NCBI GenBank assembly: GCA_977017645.1
Contig: OZ360223.1
Location: 213,590,001-213,654,000, forward strand
Source: Torpedo marmorata
Taxonomy: Eukaryota
Reading direction: 5' to 3'
DNA: 64,000 nt
The stretch's first letter is position 1, and the number at the start of each line of letters is the position of its first letter. Positions 24,373-37,171 of this stretch are shown here, piece by piece. Below the pieces are notes generated by a model. The model searched no databases and was not told where the DNA came from. It was given only the letters and a program-made list of their open reading frames with translations. The translations under genes and the position numbers were made by a program.

Positions 24373-24694
24373 CAACAGCTTTATCTATACCAGGATAGAT
24401 AAAGTGGAGCTGGTGGATGCAGTGAAATTGGATTTCCAAGAAGTGCAGGTGCTATCTCAAAGCTACTGCAAATTATACAGGATCATGGGTTATGGTGCCA
24501 TATTAACATAGACAGAAGATTGGCTGACAGAAAACAAAGAATAGATGTAAAAGTGTCATTTCAAATTGGCACACTGTAATTAGTGAGTTTCTCCAGGGAT
24601 TAGTACTGGACATCAGTTATTCATAGTCTATGTGAATAACTTAAAAGCTGTGAGTGAATATAATACAACTTCACTGACAATACAAAAATTGTTG

Positions 24695-25578
24695 GCCCAA
24701 ATCATCCATGCTGACCAAAGTGTTTTCCTGAGCTAGTCCTATTTGCTTGTATTTGCTCCATATCCCTCCAAACCTTTCCTATCTATTAACTGTTGTTATT
24801 GTATGCTCCTCTACTACTTTCTCTGGCAGCATGTTCCATAAACCCACCACTAAATGTGTGAAAACGTCTTCCCTGGGTCCCCTTTAAATCTTTTCCTTCT
24901 CACTTAAACCTGTACCCTTTAGTTTCAGACTCCTCTACACTGCGACACTGGGAAAAGACTGTGACCATTCACCTTATCTGTGCCCTTTATGCTTTTTATA
25001 AATCTCCAGGAGATCATTCCCCAAACCCCCCTCTCTCCAAGGAAAACAATCCCAGCCTATCCAATTTTCCCTTATAACTGAAGCCTTCTAGTCCTGGCAA
25101 CATCCTTGTGAATCTTTTCTACACCCTCTCAAGCTTCATCACATCCTTCCTATAGTGCAGCAAACAGAACTGCACACAGTACTTCAAGTGCAGTCTCACC
25201 AACACCCGATACAGCTGTAAAATGACATCCAAACTCTTGTACTTAATGCCCCATCTGATGAAGCCAAAGCTGCAAAGCATGTACACCTCCTTCACCACTG
25301 TGTCTATTTGTGTCATCATTTTCAGGGAACTATGTGCTTGTGCCCCTCGGTCTCTCTGTTCTACAACACTCCCCAGGGGACCGTTATTCACTGTGTATGC
25401 CCTGGTTTAGCTTCCCAAAATGCATCACTTCACATTTTTCTGAGTTAAATTCCTATATCCTGTTGTAGCCTTGGACAATAATCTTCGCTGCACACCATAC
25501 CACTAATTTTGGTGTCACCCACAAACTTACTAATCATGCTACTTGCATTCTCATCCAAGTTATTAATATTTATGACAG
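24695..25578 (-). mobile_element. CR1 LINE 3' portion, apparently inserted in an older plus-strand CR1 (about 24390-24695 and 25580-25900)
   Basis: ORF 25119-25391 GIKYKSLDVILQLYRVLVRLHLKYCVQF...YRKDVMKLERV; the flanks carry plus-strand CR1 RT relics (ttggatttccaagaag, actgacaatacaaaaatt, gagtgggtaaaaagatggcaaa). Confidence 0.8.
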
Positions 25579-26809
25579 ATGTTGGAAAGTAAGTTATGGG
25601 GAGGACATAAACAGTCTGCTGAGGAAAATAGTTGGATTAAGTGAGTGGGTAAAAAGATGGCAAAAGAAAGAGAATGAGGAGAACTATGCAGATATCCAAC
25701 TTAGTAGGCAAAACAAACCATTTGGTGTAAAACTACTGAATGTTATTATTCAGAAATAGTGTCATTGATACACAACGCTGGTGTACAGATACCACAAGCA
25801 ATTAAGAAATTAAGCAATTGGGACATGGACCTTTGTTGCAAAGGGGAACATTGACCTATGAACTCAGGAACTCTTACTAAGCAATACAATGCTTTGGCGA
25901 ATTCATACCCGGAAAACATACATTTGTAAAACAAACAGAGAAAATAATGGAAAGAAGAATTATTTGACACCAACGAAAGCAACGAAATGCCATATTGCTG
26001 GATGTACATCTCCATATAATGGCATGAAGCCATCTCGTGTATTACCAATAGATGCCACTGGAGAACTGTCATTGTCTACAGGACTCACTGTACCTGCTCT
26101 AAACCATATATTTATCATGTTGAAATAATAAAGCTGTGGCTGTCATCAAATTGACCTGTTCCACAAACTCTTCTCTGCAATTGCAATTTGCTCTGAAGAA
26201 TATTAAGATAGGTGTATACACACAACAAACTTATTATGATAAAATTATTTCTATCAACCTCTTACCAATTGTCTTTGGGCCTGTTTGTCCTTCTTTCAAT
26301 AATATGTGATCTGCACATTGGTTAATAATGGTCCTGGTTATATAGATATAGTTATGAAAATGAGTTTATATTAATAGCATTTTAATTTATTATAGTTTTG
26401 ATAATCCTAAAAAATGCCACTATTTACCTGAATTGTATTCACTGGTCTTTTTGAATGGCACTCTTTTGTGATTGAGAATAAGGGCTATAATGTCTCACCT
26501 ACGTGCGTGAACAAGCCAAAATGAAAATTAACAAAGCCAATTGCAGTAGCTTTTTAATTGGACAGATATACTTTATGAGTTGAGAGAGTTGATGAAGGTT
26601 GATGAAGGTTGTGTGAGTATCCTGATTTATGAGTTTATTTCCCACCATTTTAACTTCTGTCAGTTGCAAACAAATTCAAATCAATGGAGAATCTTTTTTT
26701 TAAAAAAATTTCAGAAGCTCCAATGGCCTTTGAAGAATTAGTTTTCTGGATGGATTCATTTTAAATCACTACGTTTGACTTCACACTTGATAAGTAAGTC
26801 AGTTATATT

Positions 26810-27190
26810 GCCCCTCCCCTGCCTCTTTTTCCCTATCCCTCTGTCTCCTTTCCTCCAGCTCCCCAACCCGTTCCCTCTCTATTCAGTGAGCTATCCTTCC
26901 ACCTATCACTTCTCAGATCTTTTCTCTTCCGCCCTCCCCTCATATCCACCTATGACCTCTTGCCTGTTGGCCTGAGCTCCTTCCCCTGCCCCTTCCCTCC
27001 TTTCCCCTCTTCCCCCCACCTTTTTATTCAGGCGCCTGCCTATTTTATGTTCATATCTTGATGAGGGGCTCAAGCTCGAAACATTGGTTATATCCCTTTG
27101 CTTTCCTATGGACACTGCACGACTTGCTGAGTTTCTCCAGCAATTTTTGTGTATGGCACTACAATCACAGCATATGCAGACTTTTCTTTT
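26810..27190 (+). mobile_element. Penelope-like element 3' tail (non-coding) with hammerhead-like motif at 27052-27095
   Basis: Pyrimidine-rich tract, then cttgatgaggggctcaagctcgaaacattggtta and gctgagtttctccagca, homologous to the PLE tails at 14.8 and 62.6 kb. Confidence 0.75.
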
Positions 27191-27371
27191 TAAATCAGTT
27201 ATATTGCCACTCATCCTTCTTGTATTTTAAGCAATAGTGAAATTATTATCAGCTCCAGAATGGTATTATTTTATTTATGAAGATATCCTGTAAAAGTAGA
27301 ATGCAAGTTTATTAAAATTTATATAAAATGCAATTTGCTGCCATTGGATTCTTTGGAGAGAAGAAACATTT

Positions 27372-28030
27372 TCAAGCTAAAAACAAACTTGAGAAACTGA
27401 TCAGGTAAGGCAGCAACTGTGGAGGCAGAGTGATAGTCAATGTTTTGGGCCAAGATCCTACATCAGGATCAGGATCAGGATATAGCCAGGAGAAAGAAGT
27501 GAGAGGAAGTGGTGAGGCTGGGGCTGGTAGGCAATAGATGGAACCAGGTAAGGAAGCAGATGATGGACAGATGAAGCCAGGTGGTGGAGAGGGAGGAATA
27601 GATTTGGGGGACAGCAGCTGGCGGGTGATAGGTAGAAACAGACAAGGAGAGAGAGAGAGAGAGAGAGAACAAATTGAGGGGAGGGGAGGATAGAGATAGA
27701 GACAAGAGGCTGAAATCTTATAAGTAACGAAGGTGAAGTGGAACCCGATAAAGGGTGATGATGGGCAGATGCAACCAATTGGAAGAGAGATAGGACCAAT
27801 TAGGTTACGTGTGTGGGTGATAGGCAGATGAAACCAGATGAGGGGAGGTTGAAACTTGGTAACAGGGTGGGGGTGATGGCTGAAGGGGGTTTGAGAAAAG
27901 GGGTGGGAGTCTGGTGGATCAGAAGGAGAGAGAAAAGAACACAGAGGATGTAGGGTACCTAAAACGGAAACATTCAATGTTTGTATCTTTGGGTTATAGA
28001 CTATCTAGGTGGAATGAGGTGTTGTTCTTA
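27372..28030 (-). mobile_element. Older Penelope-like 3' end and tail
   Basis: Minus strand aacacctcattccacctagatagtcta...aacattgaatgtttcc (decayed EQHLIFRLG...INI), a long pyrimidine tract, then cctgatgtaggatcttggcccaaaacattgac. Confidence 0.6.
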
Positions 28031-29082
28031 AAAATCTTCAAATTGTTTCTAATACATCCGGCATCATACAACATCCTCCTGTACTGCTGAGTAAAGTCAA
28101 GCCAGAAATATATTGTTGGTTGCACATTGTGCAATAAAGATGAAATTTCATTTGGAAGGCGATTTGCCCATTTGTGTTATTACTCATGGGAATCAGCATG
28201 ATAACTTAACACTTGAGGTGTATTACCATTTTCATACCTTTGAGAAGGACTTTATATGTGTGGAAACTGGCAGTATAATTGTAAGCTTGTTTAATCTGAG
28301 AAAAAAATATTTTTACTTATAATCACTTCATTTTCATTTGTAAGCCATTGAGATGAACTTTTGCTTCCCCGATTAGAGGCAGTTAGAATAACAGTTTGTT
28401 CCCTTCAACTTTGTCCCAGATATTGCCATTACATACGTGCAGCTTCCTGGATCTGCACACCTGCATCTAAACACAGAAACCTAGAAGCATAAGTGATATG
28501 TTGCTCCTCCACAGGGTGCCTTGTTGAAGTCTGCCTCATCACCATATTGACAAGAACTTTAATTTTTTATACACGAGTCTCACTGTAAAAACTCTGAGTA
28601 AAGGTAAACTGTGTTGAATATGGCATCCCTGGCCATAATCACTATTGAATTAATTGTGGCTCAACAAACTAATTTTAAGCTAGTATTAATTCTACTAGAA
28701 TAATTATTCAAAAATTCCTTGTCTTTATTAAATAATATAAAAGGTAAAAGGGATATAAATGTTGACAGTAAAAAAAAATGGACCAAGTTCTCTATTCGTT
28801 GATGAATCAGTGGAAATGTGCTTCCTATTCACAGGTGCAAAATGTCCTCACAATAAGGAATGCACAGAGTAGAGGGATGAAGGGAGGGCATTAATGATTA
28901 GCCAGATTCCATTAATTAGAAAACCACGAAAATGTACATTGCAGCAGCGAAATTGGTGACTTTTTTTCCTTTCTTTGGCTCAAGGCTTTCTGGGGACAAC
29001 CAGCACAGCAGGTCTTGTAACCACAAAATGAATCTGCATCTTTATTTTCCATTTTCCATTCAGAATTGAGCCATTGAAGGTA

Positions 29083-29482
29083 CAGTACGTTTCCCCATAT
29101 CCAAAATTCGGTTAACCGAAAAGTTCAATTATCCAAACTTTTTTCGGCGGCGACATGATGTCACAAGTTGAAAAAAAAATTTCACCCGACTTGCTCATGT
29201 GGGGCTCTGACACGCTGTTAATGGCATTTTGAGAATTTCTAGTGTTTGTCGCTGCATTTATCTTATTTTGTAAGCAGAGATCACGTTGATGTTAGGTAAG
29301 AATTAAACATTATTTCATGCTTGAAAAGCCTTCCATTGTTTTTTGTTGTTGTTTAACCGCTGATATACAAGTATTCTGCTGATGCTACTGGGCTGCTTAA
29401 AGCCATTATTCAGTTATCCGAAAAATCCAGTTAACCTAAAAACGTCTGGTCCCAAGCTTTTTGAATATGGGAAAACGTACTG
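29083..29482. mobile_element. Tigger/pogo-like MITE
   Basis: TIRs CAGTACGTTTCCCCATATCCAAAA / TTTTGAATATGGGAAAACGTACTG with TA on both sides; subterminal GTTAACC/GTTATCC repeats. Confidence 0.85.
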
Positions 29483-30584
29483 TACTTGGTATCAGCAATG
29501 TGATTGTGTTATGGTGTACTGACTTCATAGCTGCATATGTAAACCCTTAAGTAGAATTGGAAAGTCAGCATTTAGGATGGTATCAGATTTACAACAAAGA
29601 ATAATGTTCTCTTATATTCCAATGATAAGGCTTTCAATAAGCAGGTATTACCACAAATTGATATGCAATTAAAATATGCATTTCACTTTATAGTTGATGA
29701 TCATTTGATCATTGTATTGTATGGAATGACATGATCAAATTGTTTATTATGTTTAATTGTAACTGTTAGATTTGCTTGCCCAATATCATGTATGCATCTA
29801 ATTGTTAATTTCCACATCCAGCTAACCTCAATGGAACTTAACACTAGACTTACCTCATTACATGGAGCACAATATAGACTGGCCATAGAGGATATACTGT
29901 ATTCAAAATTTCATGTTCAAAGAAAATTCAGGAGAGAGATTTGTGCAATGCAATTGTAGGCCTTGACCTTCTCTTTACATAGAATCTTCAATCCAAGTGA
30001 TTAATGCCAGTATCTAAATTCAACCTGAGCCTCCACTGACTCTAATGACTTTTTTCACTTTGCACACACCCCCCCAATTTCCTTTGGCTTCATGTATGCA
30101 CCCAGCATTCCCTTTTAGGTATCAGTGCTATCTGCTTCAACGACATGGTGTGGATACTAGTTCCAAAATGATCAACATTTTTGTGTAAAGAAATCTCACG
30201 CAAATTCTCTACTTGACCTGTTAACAAAAGTATTTTTATTTCTGTTCCTAGTTCACCCAAAAGTGGACATGTTTTATTTTCCTACTTTATTCAGACTTTA
30301 AAAACTCCCATAAGCCCTTCACTGAATCTAATCTACCAAAGGGCATAGACCTGATAAATTATTCCTGGAAAATTTGTGCATTATTGTGTAGTTTCTTCAC
30401 TGCGTTTTAAACATAGAGATCAGATGTGCAGACAGTTTGACAGTTCTCTGTGCGGAGTCTATTCAAGGCTGTGTTTAACATTAGGAATGACCCTTTATTT
30501 GCAATGATCTTAACAGCTTCTGCTGCTATTTTCTTAACCATTTGTGTGTTCAGATTACTATTTTATTTCATGGAGTAAATGATC

Positions 30585-30725
30585 CTAGTGGAGTCAAGGG
30601 ATATGGTGAGAAGGCAGGAACGGGTTACTGATAGTGGATGATCAGCCATGATCGCAGTGAATGCCAGTGTTGGCTCAAAGGGCCGAATGGCCTACTCCTG
30701 CACCTGTTGTCTATTGTCTATTGTA
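30585..30725 (+). mobile_element. CR1 3' tail
   Basis: ggagtcaagggatatggtgagaaggcagg...gatcagccatgatc...aagggccgaatggcctactcctgc followed by (CTATTGT)n. Confidence 0.8.
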
Positions 30726-33700
30726 TCCATCTGGTGATTGGTGAATTTACTCTAACTCTCCACTATTTCTGTCACATGTTTTCACTGTAAAGTTGAATGG
30801 GTATCAAGGTATAAGGAAACTAGTCAGAAGTTATACAGTATGTTATATTCTAAATGGGATAAAATAATAATATGAATATACAAAAAGACTAAAAAGTAGC
30901 AGAAGCTGTTAAGATAATAACGATAAAGGGTCATTCATACTGTTAAATGCCCTTAAGTGTAAGACCTCATCAGTGGGGCTGTTCAAAGTAGGTTCAAGTC
31001 TCCAAATGTGCAGTATAATTCCAATCTGAAATGCACAAAATTCAACGCAGGCTGGCACTTAGTGGGAAGCAACCCTTTCTTGATTTATCCTGATTCAATT
31101 TATTTTCCTTTTTCTGTCTAAATGGAATGTGACCCAGGGGGTGACAAAATGTTGCAGCAACACTGTTATCTATTATTATCAAATTATCTGTTGGGCGAAA
31201 AGCCATTAATTATGAACCACGCGATTACAAAGAGGTAATTGGAATAATTACTTCCATCTCCTTTAATGTAGTGTGACTGATGCGTTTTTTTGTCAAATTT
31301 AATCAGGCGATTTGTTTCGTGTTAAGAGACATAAATCCGGTTAAACTCAAACTTTAATTGCATAATTACGGAAGGATATCTCTGTCTTCTTCGTTGATAT
31401 TGATTCATTTCACCCATCCACTAATAATCTCTTTCACGTATTCCGCATACACTGATGGTAGATATCAAAATGAATTCTCCATATTTTGTCAGTTACCATG
31501 CATGGATCTATGTTTAATATGGAAATATGTATATATTCAAATTGTTCCATATATACATATCACCCCTCAAGATTATCTCGTGTATACTTGTATCTTAAAC
31601 TGCTTTTTATTGATTCAGTAAATCTGCATATAAATGGTGCCTTCCCTGTGTCTCCCCAGGGGACTCAGGAGAGTGAACAAATTTACTATAATCTTGGGTA
31701 CTGAAATGCGGAACATCAGCGATGTCAAAGAACCCTAATAGATTATTAAAACGTTTCAACACTTGTACTGCACATTTAACGCGAGGCAATATTTCAGATA
31801 AGAGATTGCTCATACAATGGACTTCGATCATTGTAATTTTACCTTTCTAAATTAAAGAGGATTTGTTGCTCAGAAATAGAGGTGTGCATTTCTCCGGTTT
31901 AAGAGTTAGACAAAGTTTTCTTAAACCGAATGAACATTCCATTGTAAGTTATAGACGAAGAAGGAAGTGGGAAAAGAAAGACGAAGGGTTGATAGAGGCT
32001 GGGGCCGAATGTCAAAAGAAAACGTGCAGTCAAAGAATAATCGGTGCGCAGTGATATGTGGTGGGAGTACTAGTGTTAGAGATGATGAAACACAGAAATA
32101 CGGTGAAGCATTGTACTCGTTAACGCGGAGAGCTTTTGCTTTGACAATTGCTATCCCGGGAATTGTCTTATTGAGAATTGGTCGTGGAGGGGGCCGGGTC
32201 CCGAGCGACTTCAATACTAGGATGACAGTGTCCTTAAATCGGTTGGTAATTAGTAACACCGCAACTAATCCGAAATATCTACAGATAATCAGGAGATACC
32301 CCGAATGAGACACTGGTTCAGCACCACTGAGAAATCATGTAATAAATATTTGTTGAAATTAGAGATCGTTATCAAATATTTTTACAACCCGTCTACCCAC
32401 TTTAAAGTGATAAAATACTTTGCATATGGAATTCCTGTGGCCAGTTTATTCCTTCGTTATATCCCGGGTCAATTGTACTCCGCACAGACTAAACGCAATT
32501 CATCGCTTCGGGATGTATTCTCCGAGTTTTCTTCCCACACCAAATTCAAAACAAACACAGTTTACTATTATCTGCGTTTACATCTTTATGATGATCATCT
32601 CCTGGTTTGTGCAGTGTTAAAAGTTTGGCATGGCGGAGCTGCCGGGAGGGATCCTTGCTGCGGGACATGATTATATATTTATTACTGTCATCTACATCTG
32701 TGAAGGCAAATCTAACGGCAGCGACGATCTGGAACCAAATATACAGTAATCCTAATCGAACTGCATAAATCAAAGCAAGAGAAAAATGGGGAGTAGGAGG
32801 GCGAGAGAGGACACCGAAGGGGGAGAAATGTAAGTCTCTTTTGCAGATAAGACATCCGACTTTTTGCAGCCACGGGAGATAATTCTGTGTGATGTTTGTA
32901 ACCATTTATCATTTCAGGCAAAATCCGAATAAATAAATAAACAGACAAATAAATAAATAAATAAATAGATGGAAATATATATATATACCACATTTTAACG
33001 GCGCGTTTATATTTACGTTTATTAGTTGCATCACAGCAAATTAGGTGGAACACTTCTTAATATTTTACAATAGCAGAAAAAAAGGTTTATCAAAAACCTA
33101 CAAGTACAGTTAAGCAGTTGTTTTACATTCCAAAGGGGTTGGTACTTATAATTGGAACATTGGCAACTTTAGTTTAAATAATTAGATTGTGATAATTAAA
33201 TATTTTAGGGTGTAGCTTTAGGGCAAGCAATATTCAAATGTGCTAATTATACTTAATTGAGATGTTTTCTCGCTGTCAAAGTGCGCTAAAGAGTATGTAA
33301 TTGTGGGCCGTCACTCCAAGTGAGATTGAAAGCAATTATATTCAGTCGTAAAATTAAAAACGTGCAACAGAATTAATTGTTTCTTAAGTGTTGTTAATTA
33401 TTAAATAAAGTCAACTGGGCCTTGATTACACGCTAAACAAACATAAACAGCACCTGTGCGTTTTAAAATCATGATTTATAGAATTGCACTTGAATTAGAT
33501 TAAACTCAGAAAGCTGAGATTTGCCACTTACAACAGTCCACTCTGTTCCTTAAGTCTTTGTACATTGGGACGAAAGTAATTATTTATGGACACTTGCTAA
33601 ACAGTTTAAAAAATTCATTGAAATGAGATTTACAGCAGCGCCCAGGAATGTTGATTACTTCGACAGAGGCGATTCCTAAACATTTACTTTGCCACAAAGT

Positions 33701-33959
33701 AGGCCAGCATTCAGCAGTCACCTCTGCATCGGGATCATCGCCGTAGGGGCGAGTTTGGCAAGATTTATTAGATATTCCTTAAAATATGCATCCTGATCCC
33801 CATTTGGCTCAGGACCTAATAGAAGTGGAAATAGCTTTCGACTGCAGTGCGGTTCATTCATCATCCTCTCTGACACCAGGTTGATTCCACAACCGCCTCC
33901 TCCCAGCCCCCCACAAACCTTTGCGCCTTCACCCCCACCCCCCCTCCCCGTAATGTGTA

Positions 33960-33960
<1 letters not shown>

Positions 33961-33995
<35 letters not shown>
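33961..33995 (+). repeat. (CA)n microsatellite
   Basis: Seen directly in the sequence. Confidence 0.98.
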
Positions 33996-33997
<2 letters not shown>

Positions 33998-34844
33998 ATT
34001 TTGTACCAAGATATACCAGAGTTTAGACAGTTTTGAGAAAATCTACCTTTCTCATAATTATTTGCCTGCACGCTCCTCACCTCGCTTGCTGTCTTTATTT
34101 TGATCTCATTTCCCCATTGCCATTTTTGATGGCTTGTTTGTCCAACTATTCTTTTCTCCAGGACTGTGACCAACATTCCCATTTCTGCGACTGTTGTCGC
34201 GTCTCTGAATAACGCATAATTTATGCTTTTAAGTAGACAGCAGCATTGTAAGTATTGGACCCAAGCGTGCATATGGCTATACCATAAATATTTATCGTTG
34301 ATATCGATGTTTATTAAACTTATTCAGGTGAGTTTTACGTCCGTATTAATGCATTTATGCACTGAGATGTTATTACCTTTATCCTCTCTTTTTTTCTTAG
34401 AAATGCATCTTATTTAACTTATAATTCGTTTAAAATGTGTTTGGGACGTTATTCTGAAATGTCCTCAATAGTCTAAATCTCAATGGTGTTCTTACTTCCT
34501 GATATCTTATCCCACGAACTAAATGTCTGTTGTGGCCACGGTTACCCTCATCTTTCGTCATTTCGTTTTGTTTGGGTGTGTTTGTGTGTATGTATGGCAG
34601 AGGGTGAGAGTCAGGGAGAGAGGCGTATGAGGAAAATTGATTGATCATCTGTAGGGTAAAACACAGGTACATGACCAACCTGTGCAGAGTTACCAGGTAA
34701 TTAAAGGCTAAACTGGCAACAAAGCAGCTAGAGATATCCGGAATAACTGCGACGCTACTTTAAAGTGGGCCATGCTTTCTTCAATAATAACTTCATCATG
34801 CATGCAAATAAGCGGATGTGTTTCAGGTATTTTTTTTCGCAACA

Positions 34845-35050
34845 GCCTGGAACGGGCTGCCAAGGGTAGTGGGGGAAGCAGGTGCGATAAAATCGTTTAA
34901 GAGGCTTCCAGACACACACGTGAAGATGCAGAGAATGGAGTGATATGCATGATGTACAAGCAGTAGAGTTTTAAGTTAATCTGGCATCGTGTTCCGCGCA
35001 GACATCGTAGACTGAAGGGTCTGTTCCTGTGTTGTACTAGTCTTGTTCTA
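34845..35050 (+). mobile_element. Old CR1 3' end
   Basis: gcctggaacgggctgccaagggtagtgggggaagcagg...gactgaagggtctgttcctgtgttgtac. Confidence 0.7.
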
Positions 35051-36559
35051 AACTACACTGTTCACATCAAGCCACTTTCTTTCATTTTACCTATTTAACT
35101 CCATCTATCCATCTAGCCAAACAAAGTATAATTTAAGTTAAAAATTCAGTAATCAATTTCGTCGAAATTCAGGCTGGTGGCGAGGGGTGGTGTTGGGGGG
35201 TGGGGGAGAATTGAAGCTGACCACAACGGCTGAATGAGATATTCAGATGGAATTTCCCATTTCATTATAATTCCGAACCAATTTATCCGGAAGGCGCTGC
35301 GGCATATAAGTACTGTATATCCCATCCAGTCGGACCTTTCCAAATGCAGCTGAATTCACGCGTCACCCTTCTGAAAGTTGGTCGAATAATTTTCTCCACA
35401 TCATTAGAGCTGCATTAACCCTCCGCTTTTTAATTTTAATATCTTTTTTAAACGATCTTAACAGAGATGAAGTACTGTAAACCCTTCGCTACTCCAGATT
35501 GAGAATCGGAAACCAGTTTTATTCACACCCGCGATTCCTCTTTCTGTCAAAAGCGTTTCATTAGAATACAAGAGTGGGGTTCGTGAGTGTATTACAGATC
35601 TGTCGCCAGAATAGCTCTTTTTACGTTATTATGACATCTAATCAACACGGGTTTAAAATTGTAACTCGCGCATCCGTATTTTTTAAATCTTAAAATCTTG
35701 ATAGTTACGAGAGATGTCAGAAAGCTTGTTGAAGGAAATAACATTCAAGTTTTATTTTCTGAATGGGAAGTATTTTTTTAAGCACTTGTCAGCTTTACAG
35801 GTAGGTAGACGCTTTACAGAGCAGGGTAATTTAGGGTTTTGCAGTAAATCCCTGCTTTCTGTTGGATGCCGGATGGGACATGTGTTGACCGGGTTGCTTT
35901 CAGGTTGCTTTTGTCTTTACGGAGATTTGCACGGGGCTGGATGGCAGACGAAGGCATGGTGTACAAAGAGTGATATTCATTCAAAAATATTTGAAATAAC
36001 CGGATATGAAGCGTCTCGGTGTTCAGCACCAGCCTCCCTTGCTCAGTTCCTACTTTCTTTGTTGGCCGCATGATTTAAACAGAAAATAAAAGAAAGAGCG
36101 AGGTGTCAAATGTTGGGACCCACTAGCCACTAAATTATTACCATCGGAAAGGCGCAAATTAAACTCGTCACGAAGGCAAACAAAACCGAGCTAGCAGCCT
36201 GTAAGTGTACCGAAGAGCAGTGTTTCATTAGTGTACAAACACGATGCGCAGGTTAAACACACTATTTCAACTAGTTGCATTTTCAAGGAAAGTGAGATAG
36301 TTTTGTTCAATAGACACATTCAATTTAAACTAATTTTTACACTTACCTTAGTAAATCTGAATCTTTCCACGAGCCCACGGAAGATACTCCTTTTAAGAGC
36401 TCTTGAATAAAAAGGCAGACAGAATATCTAATACTTAGTATTCTGAATTGTTCAGTAAGACAGTTCTGTCATTTTACTTCTGTCTGCGGCCACCTCTTGT
36501 CTCCCTCTTTTTGGTATCTCTCTACCTCTCTCGATCTCTCCGTTCCTGCAGTTTACATT

Positions 36560-36655
36560 AGAAAGTCGCAGCCAATGATAGGGTATGTTGCCATCTGCTG
36601 GGAAGCAGGCTGATGCAGGAGTTTAAGACAGAACCACTGGCGTGCTTCAGAAGCC
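36560..36655 (+). promoter_or_regulatory. Candidate RNA Pol II promoter
   Basis: CCAAT (36572-36576), RFX half-site/E-box GTTGCCATCTG (36587-36597), TATA-like TTTAAGA (36622-36628), and Inr-like TCAGA about 27 nt downstream, in a TE-free CpG-retaining region. Based on motif spacing only; no expression data. Confidence 0.45.
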
Positions 36656-37001
36656 AAGAGCAAGTCTGCAGGATTTCAATGGTCCTTCAACGTGTCAATC
36701 AAAGCATGGTCTCTCGGTCTTCCTCTTACTTCTGCACAAACTTCGTATAAAACAACCTGCGTCACTTTCCTATCTGCACAGATCAAATCAGCTTCACACA
36801 TTAAAACACAATAAAGTGTTTCTGAGATATTTTCGACAAGAAGGAACAACTTTTCCCCTCCCCAAGGAACAAAAAAAATGCCCAATATTTAAGTGGGGAG
36901 TGCCTACTGTACACGGGATATCATCTGCCTGTTAGCAGGGGTTTGTACAGTTTTTGGTACAGGGTTGACGAACTCAACCGTTGATTTTATTTGCTTTTCA
37001 G

Positions 37002-37171
37002 ATTTGTCATGCTTTTTCGCAGCAGAATGGACGGCTCTAACCCTCTGGATATTGCTAATAGAGCCCTGGGTCCTTCCCATACAATCTCTCCCAGCCCTGA
37101 CGGCTTAAACTGGGATTGGGGCAACACGACGCCATTCCACACACCAAAAAGCTGCCTTAAAATGACTACTG
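37002..37171 (+). other. Candidate 170-nt exon (lncRNA or first coding exon)
   Basis: Branch-like TTGAT, polypyrimidine tract ttttatttgcttttcAG acceptor, and CTG|GTAAGA donor; ATG in agaATGG context at 37027 with an open frame to the donor. Confidence 0.45.

Noticed and set aside
27372-27977. 201-aa minus-strand ORF
   Set aside because: Translation of a pyrimidine-rich PLE tail; compositional artefact.
32317-32333. REST/NRSE-like TTCAGCACCACTGAGAA (and TTCAGCACC at about 36022)
   Set aside because: Only the left half-site matches; the GGACAG right half is missing.
33718-34272. 184-aa ORF
   Set aside because: Runs through the (CA)n and G-rich tracts (VCVCVC, GGGG); no domain or codon evidence.
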